Shown piece after piece: positions 36,594 to 47,634 of a stretch of DNA of 64,000 nucleotides. The notes beneath the pieces were generated by a model. It had not been told where the DNA came from, did no database searches, and was given only the letters and a program-made list of their open reading frames with translations. The stretch is from Ascoidea asiatica JCM 7603. Its lineage: Eukaryota > Fungi > Ascomycota. The stretch's first letter is position 1. Each line of letters begins with the position of its first letter. A program made the position numbers and the translations under genes. Where the stretch lies: positions 2,090,615 to 2,154,614 of the forward strand of contig BCKQ01000001.1 of NCBI GenBank assembly GCA_001600695.1. Reading direction: 5' to 3'.

Positions 36594-39500
36594 TTAAGGT
36601 GATTTACTACTGGGTCTCTTTTTAGTCCTAGATAAGCTTGAAAGCTTATTTGACAACTCTTTTCTTAATTTCTCTCCAAGATTTTCATCCTGAAAACCGT
36701 CAAGTTGATACCAAAGATAATGTTTAGGTGTTCTAGTTCCTTTGCTGATTATAAAGCTCATCATATCTCGCACATATTCGGGTTTACTGACACTACTTTT
36801 CAAAATTGGTATAAATCTTTTTGGTACATCTAAAATTTGAAATGTTATTGGAGTATAAATTATTTCTGGTTCTATCGGGGTTTCCAATTTGGTAGAGTTT
36901 GTTACTAAATCTTGCTTTTTCTGGCTTGACTTTAATAATTCTGTCTTTTTAATCCTATCTGCAGCCACGCCCTCTCCTCCTTTAGAATTGTTCATTAATC
37001 TTGAACTTTTTCGTCGAGTCCCGTATAATCGACGAGTCCTTCTATGCTTAGGTTTGGAAACCCCTTTAGATTTTTCACTGAGGAGCTGCACCTTATTATT
37101 ACTTTCATCAGTAATACTTTCTTTTTCAGAGCCTTTGGAATCTCCTGTTACCAAATCACTTTTTTCATTCTGTTCAATAGAGCTTTTAGATAATGAGTCT
37201 TTCCGATTTTCATCATCCTTATTTACAACTTTTTTAGCTTCTAAATTTGCATCGGAAGTAGATTTTGATTCCAGATCTTTGGAATTTTCTGCATTAGATT
37301 TCATTTTATTTGAATCATTTTTTAAGTTGTTTATAGCTGGTTTCTCTTTACTTTCATCAATTAAGTTATTTTTATCAGAATTATAGTTTATTTGCTCCAT
37401 TTTTGATGTCACACTAAGATTCAAATTCGGTGTGATATCCATTTTTTCTTTTTTTACCCCATCCAACTCTTCTTTTAAAAGCTTTATTTTCTTTTGCCTT
37501 AGTTCCCACATCCTTTCAAAGTGTTTTTTTGACTTATCATCAACGATAAGAATGAAAGAAATTGTTAATCTAAAAGTTCGATGATCTTCTTCCTCGATAA
37601 CTTCAACAATAGAATCTTTAGGTAATTCTAATCTTTCATTAGGATTCTCAAAAAACTCAAAAACAAGATCCGAACCGTTTACATATCTTTCTTGAAATTG
37701 AGTAAGCTTTTCTTCTTTTGGAGCTGTGGGTTTCTTGGGTCTGGCAGGTCTAGGTGGTTTTGGAGGTTTTGCCACCTTAGCAGGTTTAGATGGTTTTACA
37801 GCACAAATTGGTTTTGGCTTTTGAACCTTTAAAGTATTTTTGACAACAGGCTTTGGAATTTTCATTTGCTTTTCCAACTTCACCTTATTATTCACATGAG
37901 GGATTGAAACAGAAGCCGGTTTCAAATCAGTTTTTAAACCATTTAATGAAAGTGTTGGCACACTATTTGTGATACTTCTGTTACCGTTACCGTTAAGGTT
38001 ATTCACAGTAACTGAATTCTGAGATACTTGCTTTATTTGATGGGAAGTAGATGAGACTAAAAGAGGAACACTATTAGAAGTAATTCTAGACAGACTTCCG
38101 TTCACATTCAATCTTTCTTTCTGATTTTTTAAAATAAATTGAGTTGCAGCATTTATTCGATTTGCTAAAATAATTTTTGCTTTATGAAAATAAAATTGCG
38201 GATTTTGAAAGGCATTTATCCCCATTTGTTTTGATATCTGAATATAATCCTGAAATATTCTGATTTCTTCAGGAGAAGCGGCACTTAAGGCAACCTTCTT
38301 CATCAATGGTTTCAAAAATGGGTCGATTTTTGCAATTGAATTTAAATTTTGAATTATTATTCTATCATTAGTACTTGAACTGGATGGGGGCCGACTTTGT
38401 TGAGATTGCATAGGTCGTTTGATAACAGGTTTTATTGGCGTACTTCTGGAAATCTTATTTTCTCTATTGTTACAGGAGGGATTACTTAAATGATTTTGGG
38501 TTGCTGAACCAATGCCGTTAGTTTTAAAATTATCTTTCTTTAAATGATTTATAGAATTTGAATTCAATGAAACCCCGTTGCTTTTGTTTACATTATTTAC
38601 AATACTTTTTGGTGATATATCTTTGTTATTACTATTACCTTTATAATGGCTGGTTAATACACCATTTGATTTTGGCATTCCCACATAGTTAGCACTAGAA
38701 TCTTTCAAAGGGTTTATATTTCTAATTTCATTAATATTCTTGATATTCTTAGTAATATTGTTGTAATTTGCATTTTTATGATTATCGTTAACTTGGTTAA
38801 CGTTGTAAACATTTTTAACATTGTTGCTATTGTTAATATTATTAATATGGTTCATATTGTTTATTTTATTAATATTATTGGTACTATTCTTTTTATTATT
38901 TTGAATATTTTGATTGTTTTGATTATTATTACTGATATTTGAATTATTACTATTGTTATTAGTATTATTAGTATTATAAATATTATTATTATTCTTCTTT
39001 TTGATATTAGCAGCAGTATTCACATTTTGATTCATAGATACAACTTTAGAATCTTTCGATTTGAAGGAACCTCTATAGGAACTATCAATTTGAGTAATAC
39101 TAGGTTTCTTACTACCATATGACTGATTGATTGGCTGAATAGTGGATTGAGTGATATTATGATTAATAGTATTATTGATAGTATTATTAAGAGGTTGATT
39201 GATTAATTGTTTACTTTGTCTATTTACTGAACTGTCAAGAGGCTTAAGCCCACTTTTTTCCATAGATTTGTTGAGATTATTATTTGAAGAAATATTATTT
39301 GATTTATTCAAAGGTTGCTTTAGTAGGCTTTTTGAGGAATTGCCTAATGGAATATTCACAGGTGTAATTATAGGAACAATAGTAGAAGAAGTTTTAAAAC
39401 CTTTTCCAACAGTGTTTTGCTGCTGATTTTGGGAGATATCTTCTTTTTTTGGCTCATTTTTTTGTTCAACTTTTTGTTCACTTTTTTGCTCAATTTCTTT

Positions 39501-41453
39501 TTCTACTTTCTCCTCAAATCTTTCTTTCAATTTCTCTTTTTGTTTAAGTCTGTCTTTATTTTCTGATTTAAGTTCTGATTTAAGTTCTGATTTAAGTTCT
39601 GATTTATGTTCCGATTTAAATTCTGATTTAGGTTCTGATTTATGTTCAGTTTTATCTTCAGGTGTATCTGCATTTTTTCCTTCATTTTTTGATTCATTTT
39701 TTAATTGATCATTTTCTTTTAGTTTATTTTCTGATTTCTTTTCTTGATTTTTTTCCAATTTCTTTTCTGATTTATCTATAAAATTTTCTTTAGTTTCATC
39801 TTCATGCTTTTCTTCAGATTTAACTTCTGATTGAACGTTCAGTTGTTTAGATTGAAAATTATCTAGAGATCTGTCAATAAGTTTATCTTGTGAGGTTTGT
39901 TCTAATTTATCCAAATGCTTTTCAATTTTCTCATCAATAGGTTTTTCTATTTGATTTTTGATGATTTCAATTTTTTGTTTATCGATTGGTTTATTGACAC
40001 GATTTGTTGTGATTGAATCTTTTGGCTCAATTATAGACTTATTGATTTTTTGATCAGTAGATTTCTGTATATGATTCTCAGTAAGTTTAATTTCTATATT
40101 ATCAGTTTTTTTATCTCCAATTTTATCTTCAGTTTTAACTTCAGTTTTATTTCTAATGATTTTTTCAGGTTTATTTGAACAAATATCCTTAAGTTTATCA
40201 TCGGACTCCTTATTTGAAATACTTGATTGATTATTTATTTGTTTTTCTTCAAGATTATTATCTACAAGTTTAGTTATAGATTTTTCGTCAACTTTTTCAG
40301 ATAACTGAGTACTTGGTTGACTAACTAGTTTATCAGAGGAATTTTCAATTTTGGAATTTATTTTATTTGATACAAGTTCATTATCTCCAGATATATTTAC
40401 AGGTTGAATAATATTTTTTTCTTTTTCTAAAGATAAGGATTGATTGTTATTTGAAATATTTTGTAATTTTAATTTTTTTAAATCATCTTTTTTAATTTTT
40501 CTTTGTAATTTTAAATTTCTTTTAAAATTTAAATTTTTTTCAAAGTTTTTTTCAACAGTTTCATTTTTTAAAAGAAATAATCTAATTTTAAAAAAATGAG
40601 GACCTAATAAAATTGAACAATCACATAATTTATTCATTTTTTCTCTGATATTTATATTTATATTCAAATTGTTATTAGTATTGTTAATAGTAGGAGTGGT
40701 AGGGGTGAGAGTGGGAGTAGGAGTATTATTAGAATTAGAATTATTATTATTATTATTATTATCATTATCTGAAGTAATATTAGTGGTATTAGTAATATTA
40801 TTTTCAATTTTATTTAAATTATTGAATTTTAATTGTTTTGATAATTTTTTTGACCAAAATAATTTAAATAAATAATTTTTTGAATTATTTAAATAATTTG
40901 ATCTTGAAATTATTAAAGAATTATATAATATTGAAGAATCTTTAATTGATAATGGATTTTTAAGTAAATTATAATTTGGTTTCTCATTTAGTGATTTTGA
41001 TATAGGTAAATTATTATTCAATAGTTTGAAAGGTCTATTTTCATCAATTATCATAACATTTTTGTTATTGGAGTTATTGATGTTATTGGAAATATTATTG
41101 GGGTTATTATGGGGAATATTATCAATTTTATTTTCGATTTTAACTTTAATTTTATTTTTATTGTCATTAAGAATATCATTATCATTATCATTGTTATTGC
41201 CATTGAATTTAGTATTTTTATTGGTAATTGCAATCGCACTAGTATTATTAATACTGGTATTAGTATTGCTAGTTTTGTTGTTCGTATTGGTTTTAATATT
41301 CGAAATTGAGATTTTGTCATTTCCATTCGAAATGGATGTATTGATGTTTCTTCTTTTATTAGAATCATCATTTATATTTATATTATTATTGTTATTATTA
41401 TGATTACTTGAAATTAAGAGTGAGGATGAATTTCGTTTTCTACTTGGAGGCAT
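36594..41453 (-). CDS. SWC3: SWR1 complex subunit Swc3-like protein with large low-complexity inserts
   Basis: Blocks RPFKLL, PLSIKDSSILYNSLIISR, KMNKLCDCSILLGPHFFKIRLFLLKN, IIQNLNSIA, KLTQFQERY...LVFEFFEN and LWYQLDG. Confidence 0.78.
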   Translation of the reverse strand: MPPSRKRNSSSLLISSNHNNNNNNININDDSNKRRNINTSISNGNDKISISNIKTNTNNKTSNTNTSINNTSAIAITNKNTKFNGNNNDNDNDILNDNKNKIKVKIENKIDNIPHNNPNNISNNINNSNNKNVMIIDENRPFKLLNNNLPISKSLNEKPNYNLLKNPLSIKDSSILYNSLIISRSNYLNNSKNYLFKLFWSKKLSKQLKFNNLNKIENNITNTTNITSDNDNNNNNNNSNSNNTPTPTLTPTTPTINNTNNNLNININIREKMNKLCDCSILLGPHFFKIRLFLLKNETVEKNFEKNLNFKRNLKLQRKIKKDDLKKLKLQNISNNNQSLSLEKEKNIIQPVNISGDNELVSNKINSKIENSSDKLVSQPSTQLSEKVDEKSITKLVDNNLEEKQINNQSSISNKESDDKLKDICSNKPEKIIRNKTEVKTEDKIGDKKTDNIEIKLTENHIQKSTDQKINKSIIEPKDSITTNRVNKPIDKQKIEIIKNQIEKPIDEKIEKHLDKLEQTSQDKLIDRSLDNFQSKQLNVQSEVKSEEKHEDETKENFIDKSEKKLEKNQEKKSENKLKENDQLKNESKNEGKNADTPEDKTEHKSEPKSEFKSEHKSELKSELKSELKSENKDRLKQKEKLKERFEEKVEKEIEQKSEQKVEQKNEPKKEDISQNQQQNTVGKGFKTSSTIVPIITPVNIPLGNSSKSLLKQPLNKSNNISSNNNLNKSMEKSGLKPLDSSVNRQSKQLINQPLNNTINNTINHNITQSTIQPINQSYGSKKPSITQIDSSYRGSFKSKDSKVVSMNQNVNTAANIKKKNNNNIYNTNNTNNNSNNSNISNNNQNNQNIQNNKKNSTNNINKINNMNHINNINNSNNVKNVYNVNQVNDNHKNANYNNITKNIKNINEIRNINPLKDSSANYVGMPKSNGVLTSHYKGNSNNKDISPKSIVNNVNKSNGVSLNSNSINHLKKDNFKTNGIGSATQNHLSNPSCNNRENKISRSTPIKPVIKRPMQSQQSRPPSSSSTNDRIIIQNLNSIAKIDPFLKPLMKKVALSAASPEEIRIFQDYIQISKQMGINAFQNPQFYFHKAKIILANRINAATQFILKNQKERLNVNGSLSRITSNSVPLLVSSTSHQIKQVSQNSVTVNNLNGNGNRSITNSVPTLSLNGLKTDLKPASVSIPHVNNKVKLEKQMKIPKPVVKNTLKVQKPKPICAVKPSKPAKVAKPPKPPRPARPKKPTAPKEEKLTQFQERYVNGSDLVFEFFENPNERLELPKDSIVEVIEEEDHRTFRLTISFILIVDDKSKKHFERMWELRQKKIKLLKEELDGVKKEKMDITPNLNLSVTSKMEQINYNSDKNNLIDESKEKPAINNLKNDSNKMKSNAENSKDLESKSTSDANLEAKKVVNKDDENRKDSLSKSSIEQNEKSDLVTGDSKGSEKESITDESNNKVQLLSEKSKGVSKPKHRRTRRLYGTRRKSSRLMNNSKGGEGVAADRIKKTELLKSSQKKQDLVTNSTKLETPIEPEIIYTPITFQILDVPKRFIPILKSSVSKPEYVRDMMSFIISKGTRTPKHYLWYQLDGFQDENLGEKLRKELSNKLSSLSRTKKRPSSKSP

Positions 41454-42001
41454 AACTCTTTAATGGGTAGTATAAGAGATAATTTTAGTGAAATCCATAT
41501 ATATATATATTATTATATATTATTATATATATAATAAAATACAGAAATATAGAATATAAAAATGAAGAATTAAAGATATAATATTATATAATATAATGAA
41601 ATATGATAAAATATGATATTAAATGAAATAATTTGTATATACAGGCTGAAATTTATTTCAGATAGTTATATTTGATCAATTGAATATATTGGAATTATAG
41701 ATAAAGCCCTTTATATTAAGATAATGGTGGAAAAGACGAAAAAGGTGAAAAAGGTGAAAAAGACGAATGAATTGAAGAAAATGGTAACAGAAAGTAAACA
41801 AAGCAAATAAGCAACATTGAAGAGAGAAAACTGAGAAAAGACACAAAACTCAGGCAAAACTACAAAGAAAAAGAGAGAGCGAGCAGCAGTGGCGGGAGTG
41901 GCAACGATCAGGAAAAGTTTTCACAGAGCACGGCAACCCCTCAAAGAAGAGGTCTACATCACGTTTTCCGTTTCTGGATGAACCTCCGAATGGATGAATG
42001 A

Positions 42002-42055
42002 TGACTAATCCACGTCTTTTTAACCGTTTTTTCGGATACGATGTATCCGATAAAA
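42002..42055. promoter_or_regulatory. Yap/AP-1-like TGACTAA plus a palindromic CGG-N11-CCG element
   Basis: TGACTAA at 42002-42008; TCGGATAC-gat-GTATCCGA at 42032-42050. Confidence 0.5.
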
Positions 42056-42524
42056 TTAAGTTATTAATGATCCTAAAAATAAGGTTATTTCTATGGATTA
42101 AAAGAAAATAAGATATATTATCAATTTTACATTATTAATCTTTATTATTTTTTGGGAGAATAATACACAATGAAATTACTATTGTGCTGTTTCCATCGAC
42201 TCTGAAGATATTTTAGATCATAATATTACTAATATTCTTATTCCATGATTTATTTCCTGGTGTTCAATTGATTATTACTCTAACTTTTCTGAAACGATGA
42301 TTCTTGATAATGATTATCAATAATGATATTGATGGTGATAACCAAAGATTGTTTTTAATCTTGCGGATGAATTCCTTTCAATTATTGTAAAAGAGTATAA
42401 GTTTCAATTGAAAATCAGTTTTTCCCAATGATACTGGTTTTGATTTAATATATTCATTATAAAAAGATTTTGATACTCGATTAATCAATTAGTTAATAAA
42501 TAAATTACCAAAATTACTTCAAAA

Positions 42525-43630
42525 GGTACGGTGTTAAAAACTGGTTGTAATGAATTTATTGGATTACATATTGTAAATTTATTACTTGAAAATAATTATT
42601 CAGTTATTGGAACAATGAGATCTAAAATTGATTCAATTTCAATTTTAAATAACTTTAATAATAAAAATTTAAAAATATAAATTTTTAAAGATATAAAAAA
42701 TCCTTTATATTTTGAAAATTTATTTATTAAATATCCTGAATTTGATTATGTTTTACATACAGCTTTTCCCGTTAATGATCCCAATGAAAATAAAAATAAT
42801 AATAATATATTTAACCGTGAAAAAGCTTTCTTAAAACCAGCTTTAAAAGGAACTTTATCAATCTTGAATTCAACAAAAAATCTTGGTAAAAATGTTAAAG
42901 AATTTATTTTAACTTCTTCAGTTGGAACTTGTTTAAATTTGGATTAAATAGGTGATAAATTTTTCATTGCTAATGAATCAAGTTGGAATCAAATGTTATG
43001 GTCATTATCGAAAAGGAAGTTATTACAACTTATGCAGCTAAAAAACTGCTGCTGAAAAAGCTGCTTGGGATTTTATCAAAGCAAATCAAATTGTAAGTAA
43101 AATAAATCTTTATTTTTCAACAGTTAATTTCCTTTTAAGTTCTTGGTCTACAATTTTTCGATGATGTATTTGAAAAAAAATAAAAAATTAAATTTATCAA
43201 ATGAAATTTATCAAATGAAATTTATAATCAAATTTTAAGTTCAAATTCAAATGATAAAGATTTTAAAATTAGTTTAACAAATTCAATTATTGATTTTAGA
43301 GATTTTGCTAAATTTCATTTAATTTCAATTGAAAATAGAAAAACTGATAGTAAAAGATTAATTGCATCTCCAATTACAATTCCAAATGATTTAAATTCAA
43401 TTTTTTTTGGTCAAAAACTTTTAAATATTATTCATAATCAATTTCCTGAATTAAATAATAAAATTTCAAAAGGTTTTCCAGAAGGTGAAATCAATGAAAA
43501 AGTTTTGGATTCTGTTTTTTATATTGTTTTATCAAAATTTCTTGAATTAGTTGATTTTAAATTAATCGGTCTTGAAACTACTCTTCATGATTTCTACAAA
43601 CAAATTTTAGATCATCAAACTAAAATCTAG
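42525..43630 (+). pseudogene. GRE2-like NADPH-dependent aldehyde/methylglyoxal reductase pseudogene
   Basis: TVLKTGCNEFIGLHIV...VIGTMRS, FDYVLHTAFP, LKPALKGTLSIL, ILTSS, KTAAEKAAWDF and IDFRDFAKFH. In-frame TAA at 42678 and 42945; several frameshifts at about 43010-43220; no start ATG; terminal TAG at 43630. Confidence 0.88.
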
Positions 43631-44067
43631 CTTTCATAATTACTAAGTAATTGAAACTGAATAAATAAATAAATGAATAAATACTAAACAGCTAAATTAT
43701 CTTAATTAAACGACTATCACGTGCTCTTGCTATCAGTAAAATCAACACTTTGTTACTGTTACCGTACTTCAAAGATACCAAAATAACCATTTGTGCAGCA
43801 GCGTGGCCTCGGGACTGTCTGTTCCTCCAATCGCAGTCGTAGTTCAAAATGAAAACTGATTTAGGCTGATTATTCATCAAAACCATCTCTGGAAGCAGAA
43901 AAACCATATAAAAACAGAATTGTATTTTCGCGATTTCATCGCCATCATCATCAATAGAATCTTCATTACTATCCATTTAAGACTATTATTAAAGTATATA
44001 AACTAATTAAACTTACTAAAGTTATCAATCTAAATTTCAAATATAGCCATTATCAGATTAATTAATC

Positions 44068-45810
44068 ATGGCTTATTCAATCAATCATATTAATCATGCT
44101 GCAAACTTATCTTCTTCAATCTCCTCAAGCCCATTATTTTCAGTTAATTCAACTTTAAATTCAAATTTATTTACTTGTATTTCTTGTAATGTAAAATTCA
44201 TTGATAGATTAACTCAAAGAGATCATTTTAAATGTGATTGGCATAGATATAATTTAAAAAGAAGAGTATCAAATTTATCTCCAATTTCTCAAGAAATTTA
44301 TATTCAAAAAATTAAATTAATTGATTTAGATCAAAATGATAAAATTGATAGTAATTCAATGGAAGATGAATACGGCTTTGCAATTCCAGTTAGAAAAGTT
44401 AAAAATAATTCTTCAAAAAATATTAATTATAAATTAAATAATAATAATCAATTTCGTTTACAAAATTCAAATTTGAAAAAAAATTTATTAAAAAAAAATT
44501 TACTTAATAGAGGAAGATTTGATATTCAAAATAATCAATTTGAAAATGCAAGAGATCCAAGTCCTGCAAATTCTGAATTTTCAACTTTTTCATTATCCGA
44601 TCCTCATATTTCAAAAAATTCTTCACTTTCTAGATCAATTTTAAATTCAGATTCAATTTCAAAAAAAAATAAAAACAAATCAATTAAATCAAACGACTTA
44701 CTTGGTTTTGATATTGAAACTGAAAGTGAATTATATACTGATACAGAAACTGATACCGATACTGATAACTTTTATAATGATAATTTACGTTCAATGTCTC
44801 CTGTAAATAGTCTTGCTAACTTGAATATTAATGATCCCAATGATTATTCCCAATTAACTGTAATTTTGTCAAATACAAATTCAAACTTTTCAACAACTGA
44901 TTTATTATCATTAAATGATACCAATGAAATAGAAATTAAAAATAATAGTGAAATAGGATCAGAAATTGAAACCGAAACTGAAACTGAGGCAGAAGCTGAA
45001 ATTTATATAGATAACAAAATTTATGATAAAAATTTTAACTTGATTAGAAAAAAACAAAATAAATTACCTCTTGAAAATGAAATAGTTCCTATTAATCAAT
45101 GCATGCTATGCAATTTAAGAGATGATTCATTCAATTCAAATGATTTAAATTCTCTTAATTTTTATAAAAATCATTTATTTCTATCTCATGGTTTATTCAT
45201 ACCAATTGAATTAAATTTAAATTTATTTATCAATAATTTTTTAAAAAAGAAAATTATCAATGAAAAAATTTGTTTAATTTGTAAATTTAAATCAACAACA
45301 ATTAATGGTATTAGAAATCATTTAAAAGATAAAAATCATTTATATATTCCATTTGAAACTATAAATCAAAGAAGAAATTTTGTATCTTTTTATAATCATC
45401 AAAGTGATTTTTTAAATTCTTATTCAGTTGTTAATATTGATAAATCAGGAACTGAATTAACTTTACCAAATGGGAGTAAAGTTGGTAATAGATTAATGTC
45501 AAAATATTATAAACAATATATTCCAGAATCTTTTTCCCAATCTGATAATTTTAAAACTATTAAAGATATACAAAATGATGATAATAATAATCATAAAAGT
45601 AATCATAATCATATTCTTAATAAAAATAGTAGCCAATTGGTTAAGCAAGATAAAAAGGATAAAAAAGATAAGAATAAGTTTAAAGGAAAAGGATATAAAG
45701 TAGGTGATCGTTCAACCAAAGATGGCGAGGGAAATAAATCTCTTAATTCCGAATTCAATAATTATAGAAAGACAAATTATTTGAAACATTTAAGGGAAAG
45801 AGAACGATAA
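44068..45810 (+). CDS. REH1: Cytoplasmic pre-60S zinc-finger factor, Reh1/Rei1 (ZNF622) family
   Basis: FTCISC...QRDHFKCDWHRYNLKRRV, further C2H2 fingers, and ELTLPNGSKVGNR...YYKQ. The EDEYGF block favours Reh1 over Rei1. Confidence 0.82.
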   Translation: MAYSINHINHAANLSSSISSSPLFSVNSTLNSNLFTCISCNVKFIDRLTQRDHFKCDWHRYNLKRRVSNLSPISQEIYIQKIKLIDLDQNDKIDSNSMEDEYGFAIPVRKVKNNSSKNINYKLNNNNQFRLQNSNLKKNLLKKNLLNRGRFDIQNNQFENARDPSPANSEFSTFSLSDPHISKNSSLSRSILNSDSISKKNKNKSIKSNDLLGFDIETESELYTDTETDTDTDNFYNDNLRSMSPVNSLANLNINDPNDYSQLTVILSNTNSNFSTTDLLSLNDTNEIEIKNNSEIGSEIETETETEAEAEIYIDNKIYDKNFNLIRKKQNKLPLENEIVPINQCMLCNLRDDSFNSNDLNSLNFYKNHLFLSHGLFIPIELNLNLFINNFLKKKIINEKICLICKFKSTTINGIRNHLKDKNHLYIPFETINQRRNFVSFYNHQSDFLNSYSVVNIDKSGTELTLPNGSKVGNRLMSKYYKQYIPESFSQSDNFKTIKDIQNDDNNNHKSNHNHILNKNSSQLVKQDKKDKKDKNKFKGKGYKVGDRSTKDGEGNKSLNSEFNNYRKTNYLKHLRERER

Positions 45811-47634
45811 TTATTCTTGATTAACCTCAACTTGAACTTACTATTTTTCATATGTTTAGTAATTTCGTTGTGTAATTTAACTTTAACATGTTTCTTTTAA
45901 ATTTCAATTCTTTTATTTCTTATCATCCCTCATAAAATCTCAAATGTGGTTCTTATTTTTAATGAAACTAAATACATTTTTATAAACTTTTTTTATTATT
46001 TGTATAAACTATTTTTTTACTGCCAAAAGGGTTACTTGATAAGGCTCAGTGGTATAGTTAAATCTATTTCTACTAAAGTTCATAAAAATATTATATTACG
46101 ATAATTTTGTGATTTGTTTAATAATATTCCACGCTATTCTATTAAATTGAACAAAACAATTATATTTCTCAGAATTTAAAAATAAGATATCTGCACTCGG
46201 CTTTTAATTCTATAATCATTAATAATTGAAACTTTGTTAGATTCTTTGAGATATTGAGATTCTTTAAAATATAAGTGATTGATTCTCTTTTATGATGGTT
46301 GACTATAAATAACTTTTAATTCTTTTTTGATTTATTGTTTCTCTTTTTTGCATTATTATTACATCAAGGCAATAATGATAAAGTTGAATGGATTAGTATA
46401 TTTTTTATTATTTTTATGGCTATTTCTGATGAATAAAAAAAGTTTATAGATGTAATAATAGGATCTAAGTTATAAAACCTAAAAATATGGGGTAGCGAAA
46501 TTTGGTAAACTTTTCTACGAAGTTTCAAAAATTGGGATTGTAGCTGCTGCAACAGATTTGATTTTTCATTTGCATTACAGATTAAGCACAAACAATTTTG
46601 CCAATAACTGAGAATTAAAAAAAGTATAATAATCTTACTAGAAAGGTTAGACTTAGTTGTTGTCAATAAAACTACTTGCTGATTATTCTCATTCTATCAA
46701 GCATAAGCAAATACTTTTGATCTTTTTTGAAGAATCGAGGCAGTTAGTTATTAATGCTGTTTCTTTTTTCTCAGATATTGTATGGTGCGTTGTTTCATTA
46801 AAACCATCAAAGTTGATTATTGGAAATTTTACGAAAAGGAAAAAGAGCTAAAAATATGTTCAGGGTCATTAAGGGAGGGCTGAATCTGAAATAAAAAATT
46901 AATGTGAAAGTAAAGATTTTTTTCTGTTTTCCTGAATGTTCAATTATATTTCCACTTACTATAGTCTATTTTGAATTAAATATATTTGTTACATTTGCAT
47001 TTTGGTTTTGAATGCGTATATGGGCTTGATTTGAGCCATTGACCTAAATTATTCGACAAATATAAATACTTTTCAAGAAAAAAAAAAGAGCATTTATTTT
47101 AGATTGAAGTTTATATGAAGAAGGCTGAAAACTAGTTATATATTTTTTATTAATTCTTTTCTTGTAGCTTAGTAAAAGTTTTTGCAGCTTAGATTTGATT
47201 CTGGTTGATTTTCAGCTAGAGCTTTACTATAAATTTTCAAACAAATTTATTATTTGTTTTCAATAGAAATCTCTTAGTACCGGATGAAATATTCATGCTT
47301 TCTTTGAGCATTTTTTAATTGAGACTTTATTCGTTTATTCGCTTTTTCGTTTTTTCGTTTTTTCGTTTTTATGTGCGGATATTTAAGTTTCTGAATATTC
47401 TAGCTTTTTTTGAAAATGGGCTAATAAATAAATATTTAGACAAAATTCAATGAAAGAAATACCAAAAAATTTATTTTCTTCCTTTCATCATTTTGCTTTA
47501 TTTACAATTGAATTTCTCTTTATAGAGTGCTTTGAAAACTCGATTATATTCAAAGAAGCTCAACCAAAATCATCTCTACGAGCGCTATAAAGGTTAATCA
47601 CATTTTAAAAAGGCTCTGATACTTTAAATTGAAA

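Noticed and set aside
46043-46060. tRNA A-box-like GGCTCAGTGGTATAG
   Set aside because: No anticodon arm, T arm or B box follows.
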